Assembly (NCBI GenBank): GCA_002269645.1
Contig: NIVC01001911.1
Span: 124,001-188,000 of the forward strand
Direction of reading: 5' to 3'
Length of the DNA stretch: 64,000 nucleotides
DNA from: Macrostomum lignano
Taxonomy: Eukaryota
Below, piece after piece: positions 1-21,329 of this stretch. Position 1 is the first letter of the stretch. Each line of letters starts with the position of its first letter. The position numbers were made by a program, and so were the translations under genes. The notes beneath the pieces were generated by a model. It ran no database searches and had not been told where the DNA came from. It saw nothing but the letters and a program-made list of their open reading frames with translations.

Positions 1-335
1 TCTTGTTGACAATTTGCGTTGCCATAACTTGTAGCACCATTGTGCAGAAGGCGAGTATAGCTGAGTACAACTTTATTTCATGGAAAATAAGCAGTACAAA
101 ACATTGCAATCTCTTCTGTCTCACAAGAGTGCTTCATCTAATTCTTTTTTCCTCATTCTGTCGGTTATAGTTTTAGCAATCTACTTTGCAAAAAAATATT
201 AATTATGCTTTAAACTAATGCGCAGTTGCTTTATTAATTGTTGGTCTCGACCCTCGAGTACCCCAACCCCTCAGATGTGCTTGCTGGTTGGCTGGCTCTC
301 TGCTCTCCTAGAAGAAGCAGAGACTCATGCGCGCA

Positions 336-342
336 TATAAAA
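336..342 (+). promoter_or_regulatory. Possible TATA box upstream of PINCH
   Basis: TATAAAA about 70 nt upstream of the ATG at 408; position only. Confidence 0.3.
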
Positions 343-407
343 GCAGGTCTTCTTGCTTTGTGTGGCAGTTCAGTTAGAAAAATTATTAATTATTATCCTT
401 AGAAAAA

Positions 408-9494
<9,087 letters not shown>

Positions 9495-9799
9495 AGCTGC
9501 ATTAGATACGACCCCTTTACTGAAACTGCTGAAAGTAAAATTAATGCAAATTTCAATTGAATGATTTAGAAATTTAATAAAGTTTAATTTACTGTAAACT
9601 TTTGTTTACCTTTTGTTTACTAGCTTCCGCGATTGACCATGATAGTTTTAGATTTTAATTTCAATAAACTATACTGTAATATAATGTTGCACTATATATA
9701 GCCAGTGCTAAAATGTTCCGTAACTTCATTAAACACATTGAGCATCAAATTTAACACTTGGTTCTGCGATTGGACTTGATTTTTATGATGAGGTTAGAA

Positions 9800-11270
9800 G
9801 AGCGGAGATCAGAGTGAATGAGGGAGGAATTGGGGCGGAGATCAGAGTGAATGAGGGAGGAATTGGGGGCGGAGATCAGAGTGAATGAGGGAGGAATTGG
9901 GGCGGAGATCAGAGTGAATGAGGGAGGAATTGGGGCGGAGGTCAGAGTGAATGAGAGAGGAATTGGGGCGGAGATCAGAGTGAATGAGAGAGGAATTGGG
10001 GGCGGAGATCAGAGTGAATGAGAGAGGAATTGGGGCGGAGGTCAGAGTGAATGAGAGAGGAATTGGGGCGGAGATCAGAGTGAATGAGAGAGGAATTGGG
10101 GGCGGAGGTCAGAGTGAATGAGAGAGGAATTGGGGCGGAGATCAGAGTGAATGAAGGAGGAATTGGGGCGGAGGTCAGAGTGAATGAAGGAGAAAGGGGC
10201 GGAGATCGGAGTGAATGAGGGAAGAATTAGAGGCGGAGATCAGAGTGAATGAAGGAGGAATTGGGGCGGAGGTCAGAGTGAATGAAGGAGAAAGGGGCGG
10301 AGATCGGAGTGAATGAGGGAAGAATTAGAGGCGGAGATCAGAGTGAATGAAGGAGAAAGGGGCGGAGATCAGAGTGAATGAGGGAGAAATTGGGGCGGAG
10401 ATCAGAGTGAATGAAGGAGGAATTAAGGTCGGAGATCAGAGTGAATGAGGGAAGAATTAGAGGCGGAGATCAGAGTGAATGAAGGAGGAATTAAGGTCGG
10501 AGATCGGAGTGAATGAGGGAAGAATTAGAGGCGGAGATCAGAGTGAATGAAGGAGAAAGGGGCGGAGATCAGAGTGAATGAGGGAGAAATTGGGGCGGAG
10601 ATCAGAGTGAATGAGGGAGGAATTGGGGCGGAGATCAGAGTGAATGAAGGAGGAATTGGGGCGGAGGTCAGAGTGAATGAAGGAGAAAGGGGCGGAGATC
10701 GGAGTGAATGAGGGAAGAATTGGGGCGGAGATCAGAGTGAATGAGGGAGGAATTGGGGCGGAGATCAGAGTGAATGAAGGAGGAATTGGGGCGGAGGTCA
10801 GAGTGAATGAAGGAGAAAGGGGCGGAGATCGGAGTGAATGAGGGAAGAATTGGGGCGGAGATCAGAGTGAATGAGGGAGGAATTAGAGGCGGAGATCAGA
10901 GTGAATGAAGGAGAAAGGGGCGGAGATCAGAGTGAATGAGGGAGAAATTGGGGCGGAGATCAGAGTGAATGAGGGAGGAATTGGGGCGGAGATCAGAGTG
11001 AATGAAGGAGGAATTGGGGCGGAGGTCAGAGTGAATGAAGGAGAAAGGGGCGGAGATCGGAGTGAATGAGGGAAGAATTGGGGCGGAGATCAGAGTGAAT
11101 GAGGGAGGAATTGGGGCGGAGATCAGAGTGAATGAAGGAGGAATTGGGGCGGAGGTCAGAGTGAATGAAGGAGAAAGGGGCGGAGATCGGAGTGAATGAG
11201 GGAAGAATTGGGGCGGAGATCAGAGTGAATGAGGGAGGAATTGGGGCGGAGATCAGAGTGAATGAAGGAC
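9800..11270. repeat. 33-bp minisatellite (GGGGCGGAGATCAGAGTGAATGAGGGAGGAATT)
   Basis: Directly visible. Confidence 0.95.
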
Positions 11271-12046
11271 TGAGGAAGGGGTGGAGATGAAGGGGATGGA
11301 AAACAGTTGGAACGGAAGAGCAGTGGAACCCGGGGTACGCGAGCAAGCTTTAAATCCTAAATTACAACTGAATCGCAAGATATACTACTTCAAAGTAAAG
11401 TATACGCATATTGTTTTTATTTGTGCTTGACTTGCTCTTTTCAACTTGTCGCTATTGGCTCTAGCGAGTGGAGTGAGGAATACGTGCTCTGCTCTCCTGG
11501 CGCGGCCTCTGGGGCTTTTGGTCTTGGCAATTAAAAACAACAACGAACGCCAGTCGAAATAATGCGTTCTTGGTCTGGCCCGTGAATATGGGCTTAGGGT
11601 AAGGTTAAATGTAAATGAAGCGACGAGAACAGAGAAGGGCCAAGAGAGACAGGCCGGCAGAGCGGACAGTCAAGAGGGGTTTATAGCTCGTATACCAGAG
11701 CGTAACTGCATGGATACTGGGGCACAGAGAGCGAGACAGGGCTGTAGAGAGTGAGTGTAGGACGACTATATTCAAAGGAAACGGTTGCCACTATACAGTG
11801 AAAGAGTGCTTCGTTTACAGCCTACAGGAAACACAATCTCAGATGGGAGAGAGAGAGGGAGCGAGGACTATATATAACTGATAATTGCTGCTCCCTGCTA
11901 AATTAAATAAATAGAAGCAAAGCGGTGGACACACGCAATTCAGAACTGCGGTGAAAGACAAGAAAACTGTGTTAGCCTTCTCCAATGCGATAATGACTTA
12001 GTGCTGTAGAACTTGTCTCGACTAAAAAAATACGAAACAGAACGCT

Positions 12047-13003
12047 ATGCAGAACGGCAACAATTGCTTGTACAATCCGCGGTACAGCGACTGTCTAAAA
12101 GAGATGCTACTCCAGTCTCTGCTTCTAGGAGACCAGTCTCAGCGCCTGTTTGACAGACACGGCTGTCAAGGTCCGATAGTATCCGATGACAGCGGCTTGT
12201 CAGCGATTGACGGCAGCCAGCTGGTAGCGATGCGAACTGGCTGGGACAACTGCTCGGGTCCGTATCCAGCGTTTCGAGTTGAACATCGAGCTACAGCTGG
12301 CCCGCTGCTGACACAGAAGAATCTGCTGACCGTAATGCGGGCTCGGCGTCTGGGACCGCTTCGAGTGCGAGCGGGGGCGCCTGCGGCGGCAGCTACCCCA
12401 GCAGAGCAATCGCCTGCGCCAACATCGAGCCGGCTCGAAGTCCAGACGCCTCCGCCAGACAGTTGCGTGACCTATCGGAATCGCAAGGACCAGCAGAGAT
12501 TTGCTGCAGCTTCGTCAACTGCCAGCCTGCGTCGATCACTGCCGATTCTTCCGCCAACCGTCGCATCGTCTGTTGACAGCGTCGAGCGCGACGGCCCAGT
12601 AGTTCTTCGCCAGCAGCTCACTGATCGAAACGGTTCGGCGCTAATGCTGGAGACAGACGTCGCTTCTTCAACGGCTACCCACGTCCATGTTGGTCCCGTA
12701 GACATTATCGAACCAGGCGAGCTCAGTCTGTCCTTCAATTACAATCGATTCCGCGAACGATTGTCCCGTTGGGAAGCGGCGGCCGAGGCGGCGGTTGTTG
12801 CCGCTTCCCCAATTTCCAGCGCCGAGCTGCTGCGTCTGTCGCACCGACAACCGGCGCCCGGGCTGCAGATTCGATCAGTGGTCGTCTCGGACCGATCCGT
12901 CGCTGCCTCAGTGCCTTCGTCAACGGGTGGTGGCGGAAGCCGCAGCGGCGGTGGCATCAAAAGTCGTCGTCCAAGGCAGGTCAAGAGCAATCAGCGCAGA
13001 TGA
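12047..13003 (+). CDS. Hypothetical 318-aa Ser/Arg/Ala-rich protein, apparently single exon
   Basis: Long non-repetitive GC-rich ORF in AT-rich surroundings. A TATA-like TATATATAA is near 11868 and AATAAA near 13455. No recognisable domain. Confidence 0.5.
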   Translation: MQNGNNCLYNPRYSDCLKEMLLQSLLLGDQSQRLFDRHGCQGPIVSDDSGLSAIDGSQLVAMRTGWDNCSGPYPAFRVEHRATAGPLLTQKNLLTVMRARRLGPLRVRAGAPAAAATPAEQSPAPTSSRLEVQTPPPDSCVTYRNRKDQQRFAAASSTASLRRSLPILPPTVASSVDSVERDGPVVLRQQLTDRNGSALMLETDVASSTATHVHVGPVDIIEPGELSLSFNYNRFRERLSRWEAAAEAAVVAASPISSAELLRLSHRQPAPGLQIRSVVVSDRSVAASVPSSTGGGGSRSGGGIKSRRPRQVKSNQRR

Positions 13004-13639
13004 TCGACTGATATTGTCAAAGCATGTATTTTCTAGATCTTTCTCTTCCGTCTTACGTTGCCTTAATATGCCTCATACAGGTATTTCTCCTTGTCGCTCA
13101 TTAAAGTGCCCTTTCTACCCTGTGCTTCCATCCATGTGGTGCCCCTTCTACCCTGTCCTTAACTCTTTCATTCTTCATCATCCTTCCATGCTACCCTTTT
13201 TTATTGTAATGATATTTCGTATTCTGATGATAACGTATAAGTAGTATTTAAGCGCTTTCTTTCCTTTGTCTCTCAAGCCAGAGATTTTAACAAAGCGCTT
13301 ACTGCAGCTTTGCCAATTTTGGTTGCCATTGGTTACCATCAGTAACTTACCATGCAAGTGCATTTACATGTATATTAATTATTACTATTATTTAACTGCC
13401 TGTATAACTCAAAAAATTTTAATTTATGTACACGTAGCACCGTACAACGTATTAAATAAACAGAAAAGTAAGCATTCAATTTCGAATTAATTACGAAATA
13501 CTAAGTAAAGTAAAGCTTTTGAAACTATACGTATTATATACTTTAACTTTTTGTCTGTCATTTCATTTAATTTTGACAAATATTTTCAAATTTATTTTTG
13601 AAACAGGTGAAATGACCAAATAATACTTTTTAAATCTTA

Positions 13640-14330
13640 GCTTATAGGTTCTGAGCGGAAGAGGGCGACCTTCAGGCTGTCGGTGGCGAACCGGCAGTTG
13701 AAAAGCGGAGAAGGTGGGAGGCCCGCGACGCCATGTAGCTGCTTGTGGTTGTTGACAATGGCATCCGGGTCAGTGACCAAGGACGCACAGATACTGGAAC
13801 TGGTTGCACGGGGCGATGGTGTTGCCGTCCGGTAGAAACAGTGGTGGAGAACTGGCAATGCCAACATGCAGCACCTGTCTTGCCGTGGTTGATGTGGAGT
13901 CCCACGAGCTTCCCCTCTGCGCAGCTTCGGGGCTGCAGCAGGTCAACGCCATGTCGTCGGCGTTGGCGAGGCACCACTTTATAGCCGTCTTCGTCACACA
14001 GAGCCAGCCGCATGACGTAGTCGATCAGGATGACAAATAGAAACGGGGATAAGGTGTCGCCTTGCAGGACCCCGGACGGAGGTGGTGGCAAATTCAGATG
14101 TAGGGCCGTGGTCAGTCTGAACATAAGCCTTGGACGAGCTGTGGAGGTCCATGATCGCCTGGACTAGCAGCTGAGGAACTCCATCTCCATGTTGCTGAAG
14201 GAGCCAGTTAATGGCCGCCCGGATGACAGAGTCAATTTCAAAAGCTTTGCAGAAATCTACAAAGGCAATTGACACCGCCTTTGGCGAGTCTCGCAGGTGT
14301 CAACGTCAAGGACTCGAGGATGCACCCAAT
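13640..14330 (-). mobile_element. Degenerate non-LTR reverse transcriptase fragment (RTE/RTEX-like)
   Basis: Broken frames give IAFVDFCKAF, GVLQGDTLSPFLFVILIDYVMR, ADDMAL and GLHINHGKT. Confidence 0.8.
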
Positions 14331-14561
14331 CCGAGCGACTTGTAAAAATCAAGGTAGGCGGCAATGGCAATCATTACTTTGATTAGCTTAGCTTGGACCT
14401 TAGACCTTAGTCTAAGGCTTAGACATTTTAATCTAATGGATGTAGAATGCTTAGAGCAAAAATAGATACAGTGGCAATGTTGTTTTATTCTTGCGGACTC
14501 CGCATTACCTGCGCTTGGCCTATCAAATCTAAAAGCGCCCAACTGTACTCCTTACTGCAAC

Positions 14562-14633
14562 TCCTCGATAGTATAGTGGTCAGTATCTCCGCCTGTCACG
14601 TGGAAGGCCCGGGTTCGATTCCCGGTCGGGGAG
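14562..14633 (+). tRNA. tRNA-Asp (GTC)
   Basis: 72-nt cloverleaf: acceptor stem TCCTCGA/TCGGGGA, anticodon arm TCCGC-CTGTCAC-GTGGA, T arm CCGGG-TTCGATT-CCCGG. A T5 terminator follows just downstream. Confidence 0.95.
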
Positions 14634-15262
14634 AAACTTTTTCGTTAAAAATTCTCAGTAAGGTAACCTTTGTTCGAAGTAATTTTTTCTCTCAGCCTCT
14701 TTTGCGTCTTAAAAACTTGAATCATTTTAATCTCCCTGTTTCATTGCTTACAAAGCAACACAGCAAACCCCTCATTTTCTATTATATTAGTTAAATTTGT
14801 AATATAACATTTTTAAATAACGATATGTATTGTATAAAATGTATTAAGGCATATTTTATTTAATGATTAAATAGTCGATTTTAGTTCATTTTTTACTTTT
14901 ATAAGCACAATTTTAAAGAATAGATCAATTAGATAGCTGTTATTAAATTAACTTTAACAATTTTGGCTTTCAGGATAAACTATATCAACTATTAAATGAA
15001 AAATAAAATAATACAAATTACAATTGAAAGCGTATATAAAAATTCACAAGCAAACCGATCAACGCATTTTATGCAAGTAAATCAAGTAGTATATTAGAAG
15101 TTTTTGTTTATTTTAGGTACATCAGCAAAAGGCACAGCTATATTTCTGCGAGGTCACACTTTAAACGCCAGCTTATTAGGAAAAGCCGTTCAAGCTGTTT
15201 ATAGCTGTATTTTTTTAATTTATGCGGATTAAAACATTCATTGTGTATTTAAGCCGATATTT

Positions 15263-15353
15263 GAGGGGTTGTAGCCTTAGTGTTTAGAGCGTCGGACTCA
15301 CCACTGAAAGGTCTGGGGTTCGATCCTCGACCCTCTCGGAACAATTTATGTCA
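15263..15353 (+). mobile_element. tRNA-derived SINE head (A and B boxes), truncated where the CORE domain should start
   Basis: Similar to the head of the 8956-9244 SINE, including the GGAACwATTTrTGTC junction. The anticodon arm does not pair. Confidence 0.7.
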
Positions 15354-15990
15354 CTGTCTCTTAGTCTGGCGCCACTGTCTCTAAGGTTGGCACCCCTGTC
15401 TCTTAAGTTGGCGCCACTGTCTCTTAAGTTGGCGCCACTGTCTCTAAGGTTGGCACCCCTGTCTCTTAAGTTGGCGCCACTGTCTCTTAAGTTGGCGCCA
15501 CTGTCTCTTAAGTTGGCGCCACTGTCTCTTAAGTTGGCGCCACTGTCTCTTAGTCTGGCGCCACTGTCTCTTAGGTTGGCGCCACTGTCTCTTAGGTTGG
15601 CGCCACTGTCTCTTAGGTTGGCGCCACTGTCTGTTAAGTTGGCGCCACTGTCTCTTAAGTTGGCGCCACTGTCTCTTAGGCTGGCGCCACTGTCTCTTAG
15701 GCTGGCGCCACTGTCTCTTAGGCTGGCGCCACTGTCTCTTAGGCTGGCGCCACTGTCTCTTAGGCTGGCGCCACTGTCTCTTAGGCTGGCGCCACTGTCT
15801 CTTAGGCTGGCGCCACTGTCTCTTAGGCTGGCGCCACTGTCTCTTAGGCTGGCACCACTGTCTCTTAGGCTGGCGCCACTGTCTCTTAGGCTGGCGCCAC
15901 TGTCTCTTAGGCTGGCGCCACTGTCTCTTAGGCTGGCGCCACTGTCTCTTAGGCTGGCGCCACTGTCTCTTAGGTTGGCGCCACTGTCTG
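15350..15990. repeat. 21-bp minisatellite (GGCGCCACTGTCTCTTAGGCT)
   Basis: Directly visible. Confidence 0.95.
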
Positions 15991-16125
15991 CAAGGTGAAA
16001 TTCTATATAATTATATCGGTCGTCTCGATAATGAATATTCGGCATTGAAATCATATTGTTACAAGAAGCATCCTGACTCAGCTGATGAATCCCCCATCCT
16101 ATGGAAGTACAAGTTCTATACTCAT

Positions 16126-19100
16126 TTAAACCTCTCCATCGTCAAATAATAACAAATCGGTTTTGCCGGCCACCACCGTCGGAACCGCCGTCGGCCTCTC
16201 CGGTGCTCGTCGTTTCGGCGGCTGTCGTAGAACTTGAGCAGCTGATGGTCCTGCGGAATTCCTGTCAGCTGATGCTGTGTTATCAATATTTACACTTCCA
16301 CTACTGTCAACTGCAGTATTATTGCGCGTCTGCTGCGTCAGCCTCCTACGTCGTAGTTCCAGCCGCTCTTGGCCAATCTGCCGACGCCTGTCGGGATCGC
16401 TGATGCGCCACTGGTAGGCGCATTGGCAGGCCAGAGTGGCCGCGGCCAGCAGGGCCAGGGCCAGGCCGGAGGCGAGCGCTGCACCAGCCAGTCTGCCTGA
16501 TAGGCGAGTGACGGGTTCGCGGCACGGGCCGGAGTCCGGCTGATGGGTGGCAGGGGGCTGCGGAGTTGTTATATGCGCACGTTGGAGTCCGCGGGGAATT
16601 TTGTGGGAGATTACAATATAAACAGGAATCTGTTGGGTAATTTGGTGAGGAATCAAGCAGGGGAATTTTGTAGAAATCAGAAGGAAATCCATAGGAAATC
16701 TGTAGGAAATCCATTGGGGCATCTGTTAGGGGGAATCCGTTTGGGGAATCCGTTAGGGGAATCTGTTGGGGAATCCGTTAGGGGAATCCGTTAGGGGAAT
16801 CCGTTAGGGGAATATGTCGGGGAATCCGTTAGGGGAATCCGTTGGGGGAATCCGTCAGGGGAAACCGTTAGTGGAAACCGTTAGGGGAATGCGTTTGGGG
16901 AATCCGTTTGGGGAATATGCTGGGGAATCCGTTAGGAGAATCCGTTAGGGGAATCTGTTGGGGAATCCATTATGGGAATCCGTTAGGGTAATCCGTTAGG
17001 GGAATCCGTTTGGGGAATCCGTTTGGGGAATCCGTTTGGGGAATATGTTGGGGAATCCGTTAGGGGATCCGTTTGGGAAATCCGTTGGAAGTATCTGTTA
17101 GGGGAATCCATTTGAGTGATCCATTTAGTTCAATCCGTTAGGAGAATCCATTTGAAGAATACGTTAGGGGAATCCATTGGGAAATCCATTCGAGGGATTC
17201 GTTGGGGGAATCCGTTTAGTAACCGTAAGGGTGAAGGCATTTATTGGGAAATTCATTAAAGAATCAGACTTAGGAATTAGCATGTTTCTGCGGTTCATCA
17301 AGCGTGAAAATGTGTTTCTCAAGATTATTTAATATCCGAAACGAATTCCCCTAACGGATTCCCCTAACGGATTCCCCAACATATTCCCCAAATAGTCAGG
17401 GGGAATCACGAGGAGGCCAGAAGAGTCAGGGAGAATCAGGAGGAGGCAACAAGAGTCAGGGGGAATCACGAGGAGGCCACAAGAGTCAGGGAGAATCAGG
17501 AGGAGGCCAGAAGAGTCAGGGAGAATCAGGAGGAGGCCAGAAGAGTCAGGGGTAATCAGGAGGAGGCCAGAAGAGTCAGGAAGAATCAGGAGGAGGCCAG
17601 AAGAGTCAGGGGTAATCAGGAGGAGGCCACAAGAGTCAGGGGGAATCACGAGGAGGCCACAAGAGTCAGGGGGAACAGGAGGAGGCCACAAGAGTCAGGG
17701 GGAATCAGGAGGAGGCCACAAGAGTCAGGGGGATCAGGAGGAGGCCACAAGAGTCAGGGGGAATCAGGAGGAGGCCACAAGAGTCAGGGGGATCAGGAGG
17801 AGGCCAGAAGAGTCAGGGGGATCAGGAGGAGGCCACAAGAGTCAGGGGGATCAGGAGGAGGCCACAAGAGTCAGGGGGAATCAGGAGGAGGCCACAAGAG
17901 TCAGGGGGATCAGGAGGAGGCCAGAAGAGTCAGGGGGATCAGGAGGAGGCCAGAAGAGTCAGGGGGAATCACGAGGAGGCCACAAGAGTCAGGGGGAATC
18001 ACGAGGAGGCCACAAGAGTCAGGGGGAATCAGGAGGAGGCCAGAAGAGTCAGGGGTAATCAGGAGGAGGCCAGAAGAGTCAGGAAGAATCAGGAGGAGGC
18101 CAGAAGAGTCAGGGGTAATCAGGAGGAGGCCAGAAGAGTCAGGGGTAATCAGGAGGAGGCCAGAAGAGTCAGGAAGAATCAGGAGGAGGCCACAAGAGTC
18201 GGGGGGAAACAGGAGGAGGCCACAAGAGTCAGGGGGATCAGGAGGAGGCCAGAAGAGTCGGGGGGAAACAGGAGGAGGCCACAAGAGTCGGGGGGAAACA
18301 GGAGAAGGCCACAAGAGTCAGGGGGAATCAGGAGGAGGCCACAAGAGTCAGGGGGATCAGGAGGAGGCCAGAAGAGTCAGGGGAAATCAGGAGGAGGCCA
18401 GAAGAGGAGTCAAAGTTGATGAAAACAACTTGAAGAAAAAAGCAATAAAAACACTCAGAAGTAGACTCAGAAGCAAACTCAGAAGCAGCTCACCAATTTC
18501 TTTTGAGTCACAGCAGGCGTAACAACCGATCCATTGCCATCCTTGTCTCCAAGGACTCCAGCGGCGCCAGCAGAAGACGATTGCGGACACACCGACCGAT
18601 GCGCCGTGGTGAAATTCCATCCGCTACAGTTCAATTCCGTTTGCAGACGGTCCACCAGCCAATCTGTGCGACAGTCGCGTACAAGCTGAAAATTGCGTTC
18701 AACGACTCGCAGAGCAGAGTCGCGACCGGCAAAACAGGCGGCGCCGAGGAACAGGGAGGTCCCGGCAAGGAGCAGCAAGGCGCCCAGGTGTAGCAGAGTC
18801 GCTTGGACTCGGCCGGTGCGCAGCGAAGTCCAGCCGAATATGCCCGCCAGGGCCAGTAGCAGAGGCAGGAGGAGAGCGACCGAGCTGGCCTGTGATGATG
18901 ATGGGGTTGAAGGTTTGGGTATGATGGAGATAGGGAGAGAAGGGACGGAAAGGAGACAGAGAAGTTGAGGAGGCAGACAAAGGAGAGATATAAGTGGAGA
19001 GTAAAGGAGAAAAAGGAGAGAGAAATGGAGAGAGACAGACAAAAGAGAGAGATAAGTAGAGAATGATGGAGAGAAGGGAGAGAGAGAAGTGAAGAAGGAG

Positions 19101-20772
19101 CTGTAGACAAAGGAGAGAGAAGTGGAGAGGGATGGAGACAAAGGAGAGAGAAGTGGAGAGGGATGGAGACAAAGGAGATATAAGTGGAGAGGGATGGAGA
19201 CAAAAGAGAGAGAAGTGGAGAGGGAGAGAGACAAAGGAGAGAGAAGTGGAGAGGGATGGAGACAAAGGAGAGAGAAGTGGAGAGGGAGAGAGACAAAGGA
19301 GAGAGAAGTGGAGAGGGATGGAGACAAAGGAGAGAGAAGTGGAGAGGGATGGAGACAAAGGAGAGAGAAGTGGAGAGGGATGGAGACAAAGGAGAGAGAA
19401 GTGGAGAGGGATGGAGACAAAGGAGAGAGAAGTGGAGAGGGATGGAGACAAAAGAGAGAGAAGTGGAGGGATGGAGACAAAGGAGAGAGAAGTGGAGGGA
19501 TGGAGACAAAGGAGAGAGAAGTGGAGGGATGGAGACAAAGGAGAGAGAAGTGGAGGGATGGAGACAAAGGAGAGAGAAGTGGAGAGGGAGAGAGACAAAG
19601 GAGAGAGAAGTGGAGAGGGAGAGAGACAAAGGAGATATAAGTGGAGAGGGATGGAGACAAAGGAGAGAGAAGTGGAGAGGGATGGAGACAAAGGAGAGAG
19701 AAGTGGAGAGGGATGGAGACAAAGGAGAGAGAAGTGGAGAGGGATGGAGACAAAGGAGATAGAAGTGGAGAGGGAGAGAGACAAAGGAGAGAGAAGTGGA
19801 GAGGGAGAGAGACAAAGGAGAGAGAAGTGGAGAGGGATGGAGACAAAGGAGAGAGAAGTGGAGAGGGATGGAGACAAAGGAGAGAGAAGTGGAGAGGGAT
19901 GGAGAAAAAAGAGAGAGAAGTGGAGAGGGATGGAGACAAAATAGAGAGAAGTGGAGAGGGATGGAGACAAAATAGAGAGAAGTGGAGAGGGATGGAGAAA
20001 AAGAGAGAGAAGTGGAGAGGGAGAGAGACAAAGGAGAGAGACAAAGGAGAGAGAAGTGGAGAGGGAGAGAGACAAAGAGAGAAGTGAGAGAGAGAGGGAG
20101 AGAGACAAAGGAGAGAGACAAAGGAGAGAGAAGTGGAGAGGGAGAGAGACAAAGGAGAGAGACAAAGGAGAGAGAAGTGGAGAGGGATGGAGACAAAAGA
20201 GAGAGAAGTGGAGAGGGAGAGAGACAAAGGAGAGAGACAAAGGAGAGAGAAGTGGAGAGGGAGAGAGACAAAGGAGAGAGACAAAGGAGAGAGAAGTGGA
20301 GAGGGATGGAGACAAAAGAGAGAGAAGTGGAGAGGGAGAGAGACAAAGGAGAGAGACAAAGGAGAGAGAAGTGGAGAGGGAGAGAGACAAAGGAGAGAGA
20401 CAAAGGAGAGAGAAGTGGAGAGGGATGGAGACAAAAGAGAGAGAAGTGGGTAGGGATGGAGACAAAGGAGAGAGAAGTGGAGAGGGAGGGTAATGGGAGA
20501 GAGAGATGTACAGCTCGAACCTGTGCAACATAGGAAACTCAACAAAAATTAGGAGAGGTTAGATGATAACAGCATTCGTAACAAAACAGAGCCACGGTAC
20601 CCCCCCCCCTCAGCCTCACCTGAGCAAAGCTGAGACCTGAAGGCTGGCAGCAATGGAAATGATGTCCGGGACTAAAGGTGAGGACAGCGTACAGGACCAG
20701 CAGACAGGCGGATCCCAGCACGAACAGGCTGCTGGACAATAGCAGACAATTTGACAATCGTTTGATTGACAT
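16126..20772 (-). CDS. Tetraspanin-like 4-TM protein (TSPAN13/31-like), 3 exons, ~320 aa
   Basis: Exons 20772-20620, 18889-18494 and 16539-16126; both junctions are phase 0 and GT-AG. The protein has four hydrophobic segments, EC2 motif VDRLQTELNCSGW and GPC before TM4. Confidence 0.8.
16690..17390. repeat. 13-bp minisatellite (GGGGAATCCGTTA) with a short inverted copy at 17345-17388
   Basis: Directly visible. Confidence 0.85.
17395..18400. repeat. 29-30-bp minisatellite (CAGGAGGAGGCCACAAGAGTCAGGGGGAAT)
   Basis: Directly visible; lies in tetraspanin intron 2. Confidence 0.95.
18930..20490. repeat. 31-bp purine-rich minisatellite in tetraspanin intron 1
   Basis: GGAGAGAGAAGTGGAGAGGGATGGAGACAAA units. 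Confidence 0.95.
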
Positions 20773-21329
20773 CTTCCCCTGTTTCTATTCAATTAAGAAA
20801 TTGAAATGCTATTGCGGTTGAATTTCGGCAAGCATTTTCTTGAGCTGCTCGCAGTAAAGCTACCAGGTATTTGGTTGTGGAAATGGTTTGTCACCCTATT
20901 GAATGCATGCAGTGTGGGCCTATGCATAATATATAAACATATTGCACTGCAAGTCCTTATCTACAATCTTACATAGCAGTCGTGGCGCCATGGGTAAGAG
21001 AGTTGCCAACATGCGTTGCAAATAGGCCTTAAATGTACACGTCTGCCGCGACCAGGAAATTGAAAATCTTTTTTGCGCAATTTGCATGTTTTAGGCTTGA
21101 ATTAATTGTACGTTTAAGCTCGTGCATACAGTGCTTTGGCCTTGAGAGTTTCGTCACGTGTTTTGCAGAAGAAGAGCGCTGCTTTCTTTCTGGGCAATAA
21201 GTGCTTTATGCCGAAACTGAAACTGCCTAATTATACAGTTTTATCTGGGACTTTCCACAAGACTGATTTAAGTAATTTTAGTAGCTTCTGATTGTAACTT
21301 GAAATGAAACTATATAGCAATTAAATATA

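Noticed and set aside
13640-14633. tRNA-gene-targeted retrotransposon insertion
   Set aside because: A single old fragment ~230 bp from the tRNA with no definable ends gives no evidence of targeting.
15263-15337. Second tRNA gene
   Set aside because: The anticodon arm does not pair, and the sequence matches the SINE head at 9170-9244.
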